DNA of 62,984 bases, filler included, from Octopus bimaculoides (GCF_001194135.2; 3 parts of 3 records of this genome joined end to end with filler, not necessarily neighbours in it); one strand, 5' to 3'. Positions 35,346 to 51,064 are shown, counted from the first letter of the whole stretch. The notes: generated from the sequence alone by a model not told the origin. Translations and numbers: made by a program.

Positions 35346-35424
<79 letters not shown>

Positions 35425-35426
<2 letters not shown>

Positions 35427-35830
35427 TACACACATGCATATATGGGTACAGGACATCACCAGCGGTGCAACTAATATGAAATACGTAAACAACGAGAAAA
35501 AACTGGAAAACAGGAGTTAAACACAGAGAAAGGACCCTTCATCAGTTGTCTGCTGTCTATCTACTCCTCATTTCGAGCATTCAACATCAGTTGCTCCCAT
35601 AAATTCTAAAATAAAAGTTAGGATTTGTGGAGGGTAAAAGTTGGGGACAAAAACATGAGAGTGGAGACATACAAGGAAACCGAACGAAAACAAATATGGA
35701 GGGTCGTTAGACCAGAACGAGAGGAAAATAGTGAACGCTGGGAGAAAAGATAGAAGAGAGAGTGAAAAACACGTCCGTTGTTTTGAACGTCCGTGCAGGA
35801 AAAGAAAGATGGATGATGGTCACGTGTGAG
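35425..35830 (-). repeat. Dispersed repeat copy C plus upstream purine-rich segment (putative Penelope pseudo-LTR)
   Basis: Minus strand gctCGAAAtg...aaCTGATGAAGGG...ctgttttcc...gtcctgtacccatatatgcat aligns with copies A and B. Confidence 0.55.
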
Positions 35831-36147
35831 CAACGAGAGAGAGAGAGAAAGAGGGAAGAGAGAGGGACAGATAGAAAAACGGTGAAGGAGAGCGGGGGAG
35901 AAAAAGGGAATTAGAGAAGGATGGAGGAAGAAAACAGTATAGANNNNNNNNNNTGTGTGTGTGTGTGTGTATGTGTGTGTGTTTGTGTGTGTGTGTTAAT
36001 GTGTTTATATGGAACGTTTTTCAGTTAAAATTCTTCCTTCAATCATATACGTGTGAATTTCTCCATATGCTTGCCTAATTGCTTATATGACTCTGCATGA
36101 CTCCGTATGACTGTCTTTCAATCACCATTTTTTTTTTTTTTTTTTTT

Positions 36148-36247
36148 NNNNNNNNNNNNNNNNNNNNNNNNNNNNNNNNNNNNNNNNNNNNTTAATTAAT
36201 TAANNNNNNNNNNNNNNNNNNNNNNNNNNNNNNNNNNNNNNNNNNNN
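36148..36247. other. Artificial 100-bp scaffolding spacer
   Basis: 44 N + TTAATTAATTAA + 44 N. Confidence 0.95.
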
Positions 36248-36278
<31 letters not shown>

Positions 36279-37539
36279 TACAAACACACATATAAAGGTG
36301 GACGCTGTCCATGCGTGCACGGGCAACACTCTAGGTTCAACAAAGCTTGCAAAAACACCATATAGACGCTCTGTTCCCATGCTCCGTTGAGAATCCGGGA
36401 CAAAATGTTTAGTGCCAATATGACTCGTAGGCGTTGGAATGTGGGAATACTATAACCTCAAGCGTATGCAAAATATCCCACATAATGTCCAATGCTATCA
36501 TTGCATATCCATTTGTATATTACAGTGGAATTCTACACGAGACATGCTTTAGCAAAAGCTGATGGTGCTTTCATCCCACTGGCCTTCCAGCACACAGGTC
36601 ACCAACCCTTAATTTCTGAATACCCGTGCTATTGCTATATAGTCTTTGAACGTACACTGAGTTCATCTGTCCTATTGACATGTTTTTTTTTTTATTAACC
36701 CTGTTAGATTTCTAACAACCATCCTTACCGGTATAGTCTGGATGTTTGAACTAGTTTATATTGCAAGAAAATCGGATGCGCTTATACGATGAAAATTAAA
36801 TCACTTCGGTTCGTATCTTGCAATACAATCAAATAACAATCTTTCTTTTTGCAGCTGAATTTTTTTTTTCACGTTAATTGTATTTTAACTGAAACCAACG
36901 CTTTTGTAAAGATAATTAGTCATCACAAGGGATCAAAATTACGATAAGAAACTAAGCTTTGACAGTCATAGTAAAGAAAATAATATGTTTGAGCTTAACC
37001 TGTCGATCTATAATTCAGATTGAATTCAAGACTTGTGTCTAGAAAACAACATCTAGAAATATTTGTTTCTCTTTATTGTACAAAATTCACAGATAGGAAT
37101 ATCACATTGATACATATACACATACAGATTTATACAGATGACTGTATTCTCCAAGTGAAAAAGAAACAGAATTACTTAGGAGTACATCACAGCAGACCTG
37201 CTGAGAAACATATTTAGGATTGTGATCATTTGTGACTAGTCAAGGACTAACTGTATGAATATATATTAATTTTCTTTTAATTCAGCTTAATTGATCTGTC
37301 GGCTCAAGACAGCTCATTTCATATGGAGACTAAATCTACAAGATAGAGCTGGCGAATTCCTCAAATCAATCCCAACGTCATGAAAAAAGAAAGACCAAAT
37401 TGTATAATGTCATTCTGTGTACAGAAGACGATATGGACACGTTTGGAATACTGGAATAATGGGTGCGCGATAAAAATATCGTACTTCTGTTGCTCCCAGT
37501 ATGATGGTCGTAACTCGCAAGTCTCACAAAGAGCCCACT

Positions 37540-37955
37540 CCTAGTCATAAATGTCGCGATCTCGAAACTTGACCAGGCGTGTACGATGTACTCTATCATC
37601 TGTGAGGCAGAAGTTACAGCAATGCTTCAAGATAACGTAACTGAAAAAAGATTATGCTGGTTTACCTAAGAGCAGGTTTAAAAGACGTTATGAAAACCAT
37701 CACTCTTCTATCCGGCACATCGACGAAAGTAAAGCCATTAAGTTTGCTAAACACATATAGGATTTGAAGACCAATAACACATCACATGCAACCAAATGGA
37801 GAATTGTGGAAACATCTATACCATATATTTAAGGATCTAAGAGATGGAACTTATGCGTACATAAAATATTCTTTTCTAGATCCAAGAATTCTACCACTGC
37901 TTAATTCCAGATCCGCAGTTTTTAGCAAATAGCACAATATGGACAAATTTCTTTT
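37540..37955 (+). mobile_element. Second Penelope-like GIY-YIG endonuclease fragment (decayed)
   Basis: SIICEAEVT...DYAGLPKSRFKRRYENHHSS...KFAKHI*DLK...KWRIVETSIPYI*GSKRWNLC. Confidence 0.75.
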
Positions 37956-38348
37956 GCCGAACTGGAGGAAACCGCCCTTTCCAGATTGTGAGTTTGGTTT
38001 CCTCTCCGTTATATTATTTCACACCAGCTAGTATAGATTCTACGTTAAATGGGTTGTGATTCTAATTTAGTTCCATTCTTTCTTCTTCTTCTTCCGTGTT
38101 TATTCATCCTATGTCTTCTCATTCCGTCCATTTTTGGATCAATTCTCGTTTTTTCCTCCTGTTTCCACATGTACAAGCATCCTGTTTCTCATATAGAATA
38201 AACCATTTACCCAGAGCCTGATATTATTTGGAGACAGAACAGAAATTATTAAAAACGTCGATTGAAATGCTGGAAACCTTGAACGCAGGAGAATAGCTAC
38301 GATACACCTCAGAAGATTGGAAGAACTTCAGTTTTATAAGCGTATGTA

Positions 38349-38389
<41 letters not shown>

Positions 38390-41300
38390 NNNNNNNNNNN
38401 NNNNNNNNNNNNNNNNNNNNNNNNNNNNNNNNNNNNNNNNNNNNNNNNNNNNNNNNNNNNNNNNNNNNNNNNNNNNNNNNNNNNNNNNNNNNNNNNNNNN
38501 NNNNNNNNNNNNNNNNNNNNNNNNNNNNNNNNNNNNNNNNNNNNNNNNNNNNNNNNNNNNNNNNNNNNNNNNNNNNNNNNNNNNNNNNNNNNNNNNNNNN
38601 NNNNNNNNNNNNNNNNNNNNNNNNNACACCTCAGAAGATTGGAAGAACTTCAGTTTTATAAGCGTATGTATGTGTGTATTAAAAACTGGCTTACAGTGAT
38701 ATAATTCCGTTTCAGCGCTCATATTTTGTTCAAAACCATTCTTTACAGAAAAAAATATTATGAGCTTCGAAAAAGAATTATAACTCTGTAAGCCAATATT
38801 TCATAAACAACCATATTCTTGCTGAGTACTTTGCTAGAACGAGAAAACTTTCTTCGGAACAACAGCAACAAAAAAACAAAAAGAAAATAAAAAGAACATA
38901 CAAACAAAAACACCGCACATGTGTGTGTATGTAAGCTTTCATCTTTTAGATTCCTTTTAAGTGTGTTGTGGTGTTTTGCATTATAAAAGTTTTTTGTTCA
39001 AATATATTAGTATTATGAAGAGAGATAATATATACAACTAGAAGTTGAGGTTGCTTTATAAAATACGTTTTTTTTCTCTCAATAATATGACTCCTATTGT
39101 CACATTTTTCACCTTGACCAGATTTCACTATATAGATTTTCATATTGGTACACACTGTGTTTTTGACATGGCGTTGGGTTGGAGTGAAGATGAAATCGTT
39201 GGATATCAGCATGTGATGATTCTTGGAAATGAATGGTATGTAAAAAAAAAAGGAACAAAATTGTAAAAGAAAAGTGCAGCATAAGAAATGCAATGATAAT
39301 AATCAATAGTTAATTTTCAAGCCACTATTTACGTCTTTTACCGTTTTTGTTCTCTTTACTGCCGATCAATGTATTATCTGACTGTTTTTGTGATCACCTG
39401 ATAGCGCTATCCTTTATAAAGTAAGTGAGAAGCTAGATGAATTCGGGATGAGAATAATAGACCGAAAAGCACACCAATCACCACACACCGATATCTCATC
39501 TTAAAGACACAACAGATGTACAAATTGGTAGAAGCTTAAAGACAATTGGATGGGGATAAGATAAATAGACCTAAGAAAAATATCCGAGGAGATAACAGAA
39601 ATAAGATTCGACAGTTTTTATTCATTACTGATAAAATGTTCCTATCAAAATGAAATTGTTATGTCTTTCTAGTGCCTATGTGTGGGAACTGAACAGAGAC
39701 GTAGAATCATTGTGAAAGAAAATGAAATTGTCAGCAATCATGTATCAACATCAGCTATATAACAGCTATTATGAATGTTGGAAAGATGGTGAAATGGCAT
39801 AAATAGAAAAAGAGCGGGAGAATGCCCGAAACTATATTGCTTTCCCTTGTGTGTTCTGAATTGCAATTAACCTATGATTGACTTTCCGGGTCAAATAAAT
39901 AAATGACTGAAATGCTCTAGATATTTTCAATACCTAATACAATAGTTCCTTTTTTTTTCTTTTTTAATGAACCACAAACCTGCAGCATTGTTCAAACATA
40001 TCGATATTAAAGATTTTCTCATTGTAAAGTCTATGGATTAGGACGAAGTTAGTTATGGATTTAGTAAACAAATCACCAATTCTGGCGTTTAAAACGAGTG
40101 ATAATCCACTTTGCATTTTATCTTATCTCTATAAAATGAAAGATTCATACCAGTAATATACACATTGTAACGATTAAATGTTGATTACTAATGCTTGTAT
40201 AGTTCTTGATTTGATGAATTTAAACTAGTTTTACATATATTTACATACATTTAAACAAACCACCTTCGTGTAGATAAGCATGCAAACAGAATTTTTCACT
40301 TATATACGTTAACATTTTCAAAAATTATGCATATTTTAAGAAACTCAATGTGTCATTATATATTTTCAATTATATGTGTGAATACATACACGTGAATGAA
40401 AGACTAATAGAATCTATATTTATTGTGAAATTAGATAAAGAGTGAAACCATATTTAGACATGTATAGTCTGCAAATATAAGGGTATACATGTACATATGT
40501 ATGTATATATATTTATATANNNNNNNNNNNNNNNNNNNNNNNNNNNNNNNNNNNNNNNNNNNNNNNNNNNNNNNNNNNNNNNNNNNNNNNNNNNNNNNNN
40601 NNNNNNNNNNNNNNNNNNNNNNNNNNNNNNNNNNNNNNNNNNNNNNNNNNNNNNNNNNNNNNNNNNNNNNNNNNNNNNNNNNNNNNNNNNNNNNNNNNNN
40701 NNNNNNNNNNNNNNNNNNNNNNNNNNNNNNNNNNNNNNNNNNNNNNNNNNNNNNNNNNNNNNNNNNNNNNNNNNNNNNNNNNNNNNNNNNNNNNNNNNNN
40801 NNNNNNNNNNNNNNNNNNNNNNNNNNNNNNNNNNNNNNNNNNNNNNNNNNNNNNNNNNNNNNNNNNNNNNNNNNNNNNNNNNNNNNNNNNNNNNNNNNNN
40901 NNNNNNNNNNNNNNNNNNNNNNNNNNNNNNNNNNNNNNNNNNNNNNNNNNNNNNNNNNNNNNNNNNNNNNNNNNNNNNNNNNNNNNNNNNNNNNNNNNNN
41001 NNNNNNNNNNNNNNNNNNNNNNNNNNNNNNNNNNNNNNNNNNNNNNNNNNNNNNNNNNNNNNNNNNNNNNNNNNNNNNNNNNNNNNNNNNNNNNNNNNNN
41101 NNNNNNNNNNNNNNNNNNNNNNNNNNNTATATATATGTATGTATACTTATATATATACAACATACAAACATGTGTATGTCGAAGTGAATTTGTAACTGTT
41201 TATCAACTACAATATGTGACATAATTAATAGACATGATCTCACCGTTTTCCCAATATACTGGAAAAGAAGAAAAACCAAAAACAACATCACTATATTTGA

Positions 41301-41795
41301 AAATATTCCTAATGATTATTTGAAATAGACAGGAAGCAAATGTACCAGCTGAATTAGTAGAAAATTACTTTAATAACAATGCTACGTATATGAATTTTAT
41401 CTTTGTAAAGACATATTTTTCACTGCTAATTATTTCAAAATATAAATACACATATACATATCTATTAATCTATCAGTCTATGTACATATAAAAATGTATA
41501 CGAACATGCATACATATTCACGTACATTTTAAACTTTAGAAATTTCTACATTGGTATTGACAACATGTATTTCACTTATTGAGTCAAACTCTTTCATTGA
41601 ATCGTCTGAGACTATTGTAAGTGAGCACTTCACAGACAGATGTAGTCTCATTTATTTTAAAGTATATTTGAGTAAAAACAAAGTAGTGATATTGAACCTA
41701 CAAACTCAGGATTGCAAAGCAAACAGTTAACCGCCTGGCTACACATGCATTCACTCCCAAATATGAATGAAATCACGAACACACATGTATGGATT

Positions 41796-41853
<58 letters not shown>

Positions 41854-42584
41854 TACATACAGAGGCAATCACATATGCAGGTATAAATGTGTAAGTATGT
41901 ATATGCGTGTGGTTCCTTGTTTATTTCCGCATTGTATTTGTATGATTTCGTTGCGTAGAGTAGAGTTTATAAGGATTTATGCCTTTTGTGACTGAGCGAG
42001 GGGAGGTAGTTTCTGTGATTGTTTTAAGACTACATATTTATCCCTTAAATTTTGATGTATGTTTGCTTCTTTTTACGCCCTCCTCTACACAGTTGTTCAT
42101 GTGTTTTCTTAATTCTGAAATGCTTATAAATGCATTACCCATTAATCCCTCCGTCAGCCAGGGTTACGATTTACTATTGTAAGTAATAATCTCTCACTAA
42201 AAAAATCCAATGTTTTGAAAATGAAATGCGCTTATAAGGTTTATTTAATGTCTATAGTTGCACGAGATTCTGAGATAGAATATTCTTCGTTGAACATATT
42301 TACAAATGTTTACCTACCAAATTACGAACACCCATGATGAGAGATTTCTAGCTGACGCCAACCGAACTATTTGTACATCAGTGACTACTTTCTCTTCTCT
42401 TACATTTATAAAAAATAATATAATTTATAATACGTTAACCGATATGTCTATTCTTGATGCATAAAGTGTGATTTGAACATGATTTAGCCAGTATTTGTAT
42501 GCGAACTAGTTACTGTGCAAAGGTTATGTTGCTATCTTCCTCAGTTGTTCATATTTGTTTCCATCTCTAAATAGTTTCGGTTTA

Positions 42585-42650
42585 GGAACATCTCGGGTGA
42601 CGAACGACATTCAGGAACTCGTTACATTCGTAACCCGAGGTTCCAATGTA
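42585..42650. mobile_element. Tiny Tigger/pogo-like palindromic remnant
   Basis: ggaacatctcgggtgacgaa ... ttcgtaacccgaggttcc form an imperfect inverted repeat ending aatgTA. Confidence 0.45.
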
Positions 42651-45600
42651 CAGACACGCGCACACACACACACATACACACACACACCCACACACACACA
42701 CACACACAAACACAGACACACACACACACACACACATGGGGATTTGGAACCTGGGCAGGTAACTTAATAAGCACTCTGATATAATCCAGGTCGGGCTACC
42801 TACATTGAAAGATAGGTAACATACAGAATTGTTTAAGATGAACGATTAAACGCTACTTCACTCGATAGGTAAAACCTTTCATTTCATTAGATTTCATACA
42901 ATACACATACACATTATATTATCAAATCATAAAGAAGAATAGAGCATTAGACATCTTTAAAACTTATTTTTATAGTATTGTTCACATTGAATTGCATTGT
43001 GATAAGTGTTTTGGCTGGATAAGTGTCCTGGTATCATGTCATGTAACGTTTATGTGCATTTAGTTGATTCAGTTGCAATAATATTCATCCAAGGTAGGCA
43101 TTCCTATGCAACTTTGCTCAAGATGTTACTTATGCAGGTGGCTGAAGTAAACTGATGAGCCAGGTTTTAGTATCTTTAAGTGATATTCATGTGAGGGATC
43201 CTAAATTCTCAGGGTACATGGCAGTATATTTTGCGTTGAAATGGCTAAATGACTATAGTTCTCACATCTTTTAAACTTAGAATGATTTTTAGATATTAAG
43301 AGAATAGATTATTTTATATACTTCATGCAACCCCACCCCCTTAATTATGTCAAGAGACATTCACATTACTCACCTCCCGTAATGAGTACCATGTAATATA
43401 AAAAAAAAAGTTTTGGGTGATTTGGATTTTTACTGATATACTTAAGGTTTTCATTGGGTTTGTGGTACAGTTGATATGCTCCCGTACCCGAATCAAATTA
43501 ACACTAAGGAAATTAACTTTACCACGTTAATTTTCAATGGAAATAGACAGACCTAGATCTTTATATAATTTAAAGAGCTTTTCCCCGGATCTTTCTAGAT
43601 TTGCTTTACTAGATTTATATTCACTAAAGAGAGCGTCATTCCTATATTATACACGCATCCCATTTATGGAAAATCACTATTAATACATTTTTAAATGTAA
43701 ATTCACACTATGCCAGTCATCTGAGAGGAGTCGCTGGAGCCCTTAATAATGTCAAACTGATCGGATCTGTTTTTCTTTAACCAGTATTTCCCTTGAAACT
43801 CAATTAAGAATATTCTGATGCTTATCTAAAGACGAAATAAATATTATACTAGCTGCTATACAATCTAGTTTCTTACGCAACTCAGAATAACAAACGATTT
43901 AATGCTGATAGCATCAAGATACGATATTTGCAATTTAAGCTTAATTGAATATATTAAACGAATAAATTCATGGAAAAATTTAATTAATTTTATACGCTAG
44001 TGGCCGGAATACATATCTTCTAATGAGTAAAAATTTTGTAAGAGGAACATCCGAAGAAGGTAAGCAACTATTGCCCATTCCTACTTGTTTTAAATAAACA
44101 CAATCTTAGATATATTAAGTGTGAGTTGTGGTCAAATGTAATCATCTAATTAATTCATTGATTTGAGAGAAATGAACCGATGTATATATAAAATGTTCCG
44201 TACTGTCATTGGAGAAACAAAAACATAGTGTAAGTAATACACCAAGTACAGTATAATAGTATCGCATATAATAAAATATACTATTTAAAGATTAAAAGTA
44301 AAATTGATGGTAAACGAGTGATCATCTTTAGTGCTTTGTAATTGAAAGCTTTCTCAACAGTGTAAATTAGTTGCCCTGCGGAAAATTTCGACTCACCGAT
44401 GGAAATATTATTACAATTTGGAACTAGTGTAATATAGTCTGTATATACATGTTTATATATATATGTGTATATACATATATATATATATATATATANNNNN
44501 NNNNNNNNNNNNNNNNNNNNNNNNNNNNNNNNNNNNNNNNNNNNNNNNNNNNNNNNNNNNNNNNNNNNNNNNNNNNNNNNNNNNNNNNNATATATATGAT
44601 GCTTTTATATGTGTATGTATGTATGTGTATGTATGTATGTCCGAAAGATGAATACATTATGAGAGGTGGTTTATCTTTTTTCTATTTACATCAGTTATAT
44701 AAAATGTATCCGTGTTTCATTGATTGCGTACATGATTGCATAATGATATTGAAAAATTAGACCTATAGAAGAACATAATAATATAATTCATTACTCTTTA
44801 TCAAAATTTGTAGTTTAGCAGTGCGAAGTTATGAGCACGATAAATTTGAGAGACCATTCTTTATATGGCATGAAAAGAAGGAAGACCATTAGATTTATTT
44901 TATCAGTGAAATAAATATGGAAGAGAAATAACTTTAGTCAGAATGTCTAAGGAAGAAAATTAAGTTTAACATCCTAATCTACCATACGTAGAAGAAGATA
45001 CAAATTTAACAGAAATAAATGGTTTCGATGGCAAAAGGGATGCCAGCAGGTATCCATTTGGCTACCAAGAAATAACAGTACGTATCTATTCACTCGTTAT
45101 TACGCGTTACTTACCCGCCTTTTATACAGATTATATAACACAACTTAGTATATATTTACATATACTCATGTGTGTATATATATGTATATATATCTATATC
45201 TATATATATNNNNNNNNNNNNNNNNNNNNNNNNNNNNNNNNNNNNNNNNNNNNNNNNNNNNNNNNNNNNNNNNNNNNNNNNNNNNNNNNNNNNNNNNNNN
45301 NNNNNNNNNNNNNNNNNNNNNNNNNNNNNNNNNNNNNNNNNNNNNNNNNNNNNNNNNNNNNNNNNNNNNNNNNNNNNNNNNNNNNNNNNNNNNNNNNNNN
45401 NNNNNNNNNNNNNNNNNNNNNNNNNNNNNNNNNNNNNNNNNNNNNNNNNNNNNNNNNNNNNNNNNNNNNNNNNNNNNNNNNNNNNNNNNNNNNNNNNNNN
45501 NNNNNNNNNNNNNNNNNNNNNNNNNNNNNNNNNNNNNNNNNNNNNNNNNNNNNNNNNNNNNNNNNNNNNNNNNNNNNNNNNNNNNNNNNNNNNNNNNNNN

Positions 45601-46834
45601 NNNNNNNNNNNNNNNNNNNNNNNNNNNNNNNNNNNNNNNNNNNNNNNNNNNNNNNNNNNNNNNNNNNNNNNNNNNNNNNNNNNNNNNNNNNNNNNNNNNN
45701 NNNNNNNNNNNNNNNNNNNNNNNNNNNNNNNNNNNNNNNNNNNNNNNNNNNNNNNNNNNNNNNNNNNNNNNNNNNNNNNNNNNNNNNNNNNNNNNNATAT
45801 ACATACACACACGTGTTCAATTACACGTGTAAGCTTGTGTATGTTCAATTATGCATATTTATACACGCACACACAGTTTATAATTATTTCTTTATATACG
45901 ACGATCGTATACACACGTATCCATCTCGAGAAACATAATACGTAAGTTCTAAGTTTCAATGACAGTTATAAATTCTGTTTTAAACAAAATAAGATTAAAA
46001 GCTTAAGGATTATTTTATCAATTTATTATTCAGAAGTGATGTGCATTATATTTCCGTCTTCTGAATAGTTTCAGTATATACATAGATGTATATATAATAC
46101 TAATTTATAAGTAAGTGTATTGTTTTTTCTTTACATGCAATGGTGATACAGTAATTTTATACCTTCGGTTTAACATTTGTGTTTAGAACTGTAAAAGGAT
46201 TCTTGTTTTAGGTGAACCTATTGAATGTGACCTAAAAAAATATGTAGCGTTTTTGTAGGTCTTAGTCTGCTTCTTTGCCGGTTTCGGTGTAGGAACGGAG
46301 TCTTGTTAAAATGTATCTGTAAAGTTTCTATTATATATGCAAAAAGTTAAGATTAGAATGCAGTTCACTTATCAAGTTGTGTGTATGTAAAATGTAACAA
46401 AATTTAATGTAATTAGTAGATACGACATAATTAAGTATATTTGAAGATAAAGTTGTCTGTCACAGAGGCGCTATTTTAACTGGACAGGTGGAAGTCGTTC
46501 TACAGCTACATTTCAAGACATTATTTATTCAAGTTGATTCGTTTTCACATGAGACGTTGTTTTTAGGTAGATCCTCCTAGACAGCCTATGTGAATAACCT
46601 CTAAAGCGTTTGAATTCAATTACATCAGGTTTCAATGAGTAATTTATCTGATAGATACTAATATTGATTTATTTCGATATTCTTCAAAGTCGGTATACCG
46701 ATTTATCTTTCATAGATAAGTTTAGGGAATACTGTGCCTTCAATTTCGCGAACTTGGTAAAAAAAAAAAATATATTCTTCTAGGAGAGTTGTACAATTGA
46801 GATTTTATTTAGAGTTTAGCGGCAAGACAATTCG

Positions 46835-47215
46835 CACGTCTTTACATTCCGAATTCAAATCCGCCATGGCCGACTTTGCCTTTTCATTTCGGAAAGTAAC
46901 TTACCAGCCTGATACTGGGGACGATATAATGTTGCTACTTCACCCAAAATATCAGGCCTTGTGCCTATATTTGAAAGGACATTATTATTGTCCATTTGTT
47001 GAAGGCAGCGAGTCGGTAGATAAGTTATCATGCGAGCTAAATGCTTTGCGGCATTTCGTCTACCTTTACGTTCGAGTTCAAATTCGGCCGATGTCAACTT
47101 TACCATTCACCGTTCTAGTATCGATAAAATAAGTACTAGCTGTGCATTGGGGTCGATGTAATCGACTTCACTTTCTAATCCTCAATTTCTGGCCTTGTGC
47201 CAAATTTTGAAGCCA
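46835..47215 (+). mobile_element. Two adjacent OR1-like SINE copies (partial at about 46835-46930, fuller at 47003-47215)
   Basis: gagttcaaattc B box, ggggtcgatgtaatcgact and ggccttgtgccaaattttgaa. Confidence 0.75.
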
Positions 47216-47769
47216 GTATTTAAACCTTAGAATATTTAATAAGATTTGGTACTATACAGCGTGAAAATTTAACAGTGTGTTTTCCTAAAAATTTAATGTG
47301 GTTACGAGCAAAGTCCCTACTTAATGCATTAAAGAGAATTAGGTGTATATGCTTTATAGTTTTTGCATGCAGTGTACTAAACCAAGTTACGTTTAATCTT
47401 TTTAATATAATACTTCTATTGTTTTCATGTGATGCAGTAATTCTTATTAGGAGGATATCGTAATGCGTGTATTTGAAGATATTTTGCTAGAATATCCAAT
47501 TTTAGACATGTCAGAATTGATTACATTATTTCTTGTTGTTCGTTTTAAGTTAGAATTTTAATATTTGTATTAGAATTGTTCTGACCATTTTATTCAAACT
47601 TCCTATTAGATGTATGTTCTTATTTTATTATAGTATACATTTTAACTCTATGCTTAGCTATCTGTTCACTCTCAAGAGGTTGGTTTAGATTAAGCAATTT
47701 CACTTGTTTTATTAAACTTTTCCGACTGTAAGGTTAACGGTTTGTATTTGCTATTATGATACAATGAAC

Positions 47770-47830
<61 letters not shown>
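47770..47830. repeat. (ATT)n microsatellite
   Basis: Directly visible. Confidence 0.95.
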
Positions 47831-47837
<7 letters not shown>

Positions 47838-50800
47838 GTGTTGTTGTTGTTGTTATTATTGGATCTGCTTGTAGTTACATTATCATTGTGTTTAATTATA
47901 TTAGATGCGATTATACTAGTATTATCACTTATTCGTTTATTTGCTAAAGTATTTTATGCTTGGAAGGGCAAGTTAAATTATTCTGTAGCGTTTTAATTTA
48001 TTTCATGTGATTTTCAATTGAATATACACTAAATTAAGTGTTGTTTCTATGAGAGCATGCAATATATTGGATCTTATTTTCAAAATCAACATTAAAAAAA
48101 GCATTTTTGTAATAGTCAGAGTTCTTATTGAATATTTCTATGTGACAGAAACATTTGGATATTTCAAGAGAAACATACTTTACAAGATTACGGTGTTGGG
48201 TGAATATAATTTATGGGTTAATGATTAGAATCATTACATAGGTGGACAGGGAAATGTAGATCGCATTTCAATTCTAAGCCTCAAGAACATTCATCTTTTA
48301 TTCCAAGATGCTAAAATTCTTAAAGAATGTTAATTCTATTTTGCGGAATCTCTCAATGACTGAAAATCTAACATTATTTACCGTTCTTGATTATGTCATC
48401 ACAATCAAAGTTTCCACCGCGTTCCCGCAAATAAGATCTTATCTTATGAGTCAGAAAGGGTGCAACAATATCTGTAACTTGTGCAGGATCCGATGAACCC
48501 ATCAATAAATAAAGATAGTCTTTTCTCGTGGTACGGGTCCATAACCATATAGTAAACTGGATAACAAATTTGAAAGTTAAATTATAATTTGCTTTTTTCC
48601 TTCATTAATATACATACTTTTAGAGGCGGACAAATAATATTTGTGAAGAAGAAATTGTAATATTGAAGCGTAACAGTTGTTGGCTTCATATTGTACGAAA
48701 GATATTCGTTTTTATTTTCTCGTATGTACTAAACTAACCGAATACTCTCCCAGCCGAGAGGTGTGATAAATATATTGTGATGTTTCTTCTGAGTTAGTAA
48801 AAGAAAAAAAAATGAAAAGGCTGTTAAAATGTTGCATTGTGGCCTCGATTGCCTACGTTATCACAGAAGCGCTTTCAAAATTTACGAAACACCGCGTTCA
48901 TTTTTAGATACGGCGGCGCTCTTTCATTCTCCTTTGAACACAACGACCAAATAATAAAGAATAACTAGAATCAATCGCAGTAAAAAATCTAGAACCTAAA
49001 TTCATCGACNNNNNNNNNNNNNNNNNNNNNNNNNNNNNNNNNNNNNNNNNNNNNNNNNNNNNNNNNNNNNNNNNNNNNNNNNNNNNNNNNNNNNNNNNNN
49101 NNNNNNNNNNNNNNNNNNNNNNNNNNNNNNNNNNNNNNNNNNNNNNNNNNNNNNNNNNNNNNNNNNNNNNNNNNNNNNNNNNNNNNNNNNNNNNNNNNNN
49201 NNNNNNNNNNNNNNNNNNNNNNNNNNNNNNNNNNNNNNNNNNNNNNNNNNNNNNNNNNNNNNNNNNNNNNNNNNNNNNNNNNNNNNNNNNNNNNNNNNNN
49301 NNNNNNNNNNNNNNNNNNNNNNNNNNNNNNNNNNNNNNNNNNNNNNNNNNNNNNNNNNNNNNNNNNNNNNNNNNNNNNNNNNNNNNNNNNNNNNNNNNNN
49401 NNNNNNNNNNNNNNNNNNNNNNNNNNNNNNNNNNNNNNNNNNNNNNNNNNNNNNNNNNNNNNNNNNNNNNNNNNNNNNNNNNNNNNNNNNNNNNNNNNNN
49501 NNNNNNNNNNNNNNNNNNNNNNNNNNNNNNNNNNNNNNNNNNNNNNNNNNNNNNNNNNNNNNNNNNNNNNNNNNNNNNNNNNNNNNNNNNNNNNNNNNNN
49601 NNNNNNNNNNNNNNNNNNNNNNNNNNNNNNNNNNNNNNNNNNNNNNNNNNNNNNNNNNNNNNNNNNNNNNNNNNNNNNNNNNNNNNNNNNNNNNNNNNNN
49701 NNNNNNNNNNNNNNNNNNNNNNNNNNNNNNNNNNNNNNNNNNNNNNNTATATGCATATTACAGCGTGAGAGAGGGAGAGCAATATAGATATACATTGTTA
49801 CAAGCATACATACCAAGACAGAAAGACATGTAGAGAACATTGCTTTCATAACTTGCATATGATATTTAGCAACAGTTATTTCCATGCAAAACAAGCTCTA
49901 TTTGCCATCTGCGCGATCGGAAACCTATACTCGGACTAATGGAATTATGCAGCTTTCAGTTACACAATATTAAAGAGTTCTCGAGGCACACGTATTGAGT
50001 TCATAATTCATCACTTCTCTGACAATAAATATTGAGATAAAATGTCATGCTGCAATGTTTATTTCCGTTCTCGTAACTTGTGTTTTAAATCTGGGGAAAG
50101 TCATTTTTATTTAAATTCATTGATTTGGTAAAGTAGCCATAAATGTTCAGAGAAGTGGAAATCTAGGTGAGAGATTTAATAGTCTTTGTACACAAAATTA
50201 TTAACCTACAACGTTGAAATAATATTGTGAACAATTAATACAATCTCCATTCTTAACAGAATGGGCAGAAAGTGTGCCTATTCGAAGCACATGACTGCAG
50301 TACCGGTACAAATGAAAACATATAAGAGTTTTAAAAACTATTGTAATACAAATATGCAACTGTGCATATGCATTTAACCTCTGCATTCAATTCTATTCAG
50401 TTTAATGCTTACTTTCCACACAAGCGTTATAACGCAAAATTCCCAGCACTGTAACTCATATTATGCGTGTACGGTTGTTTTGTTACTAAGTGTATTTATG
50501 TGACTGTGTATATCTATATTACATATCGCTGTATACATTTCCAGAGTTTATAAAACTTTATAAGTCTAAAACAAACATACACACACACACTCACACACAC
50601 ATGATTCATAATAATAGATTTTAATAAAATAAACTTTATGTATAATTATATAATTTATATTAACTTTGCACAGGTTGCAAATGACTTGTAGGGAAATAAC
50701 CTGTACTATGCTTCATGCATGATTGCTTCCCTTTACCTACTTAATTAATGGTGTGCCTTTCCGACACCTATTATCATAGAATATCATGTATGCATTAAAT

Positions 50801-51005
50801 AAGATAAAATGGCTGAACAACTATTATCCTTCAAAATACAATTGAAAAATTGCGAATTTTATTTCCATGAAACCATTTGTATCGTATTAAAAACACCCAA
50901 CTATAAAAAGAATATCTATCCACAAATATATATATATATATATTTGCATACACACACACACAAACAAATATACACACACACACACACACAAACAAACACA
51001 CATAT

Positions 51006-51064
<59 letters not shown>

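Noticed and set aside
38324-38675. About 50-bp direct repeat flanking a gap
   Set aside because: The second copy begins at the gap edge; probably an assembly overlap or microsatellite-associated duplication.
48308-48496. 62-aa ORF with a faint resemblance to the hAT dimerisation region
   Set aside because: Lacks the ERSFS-type motif; short ORF expected by chance.
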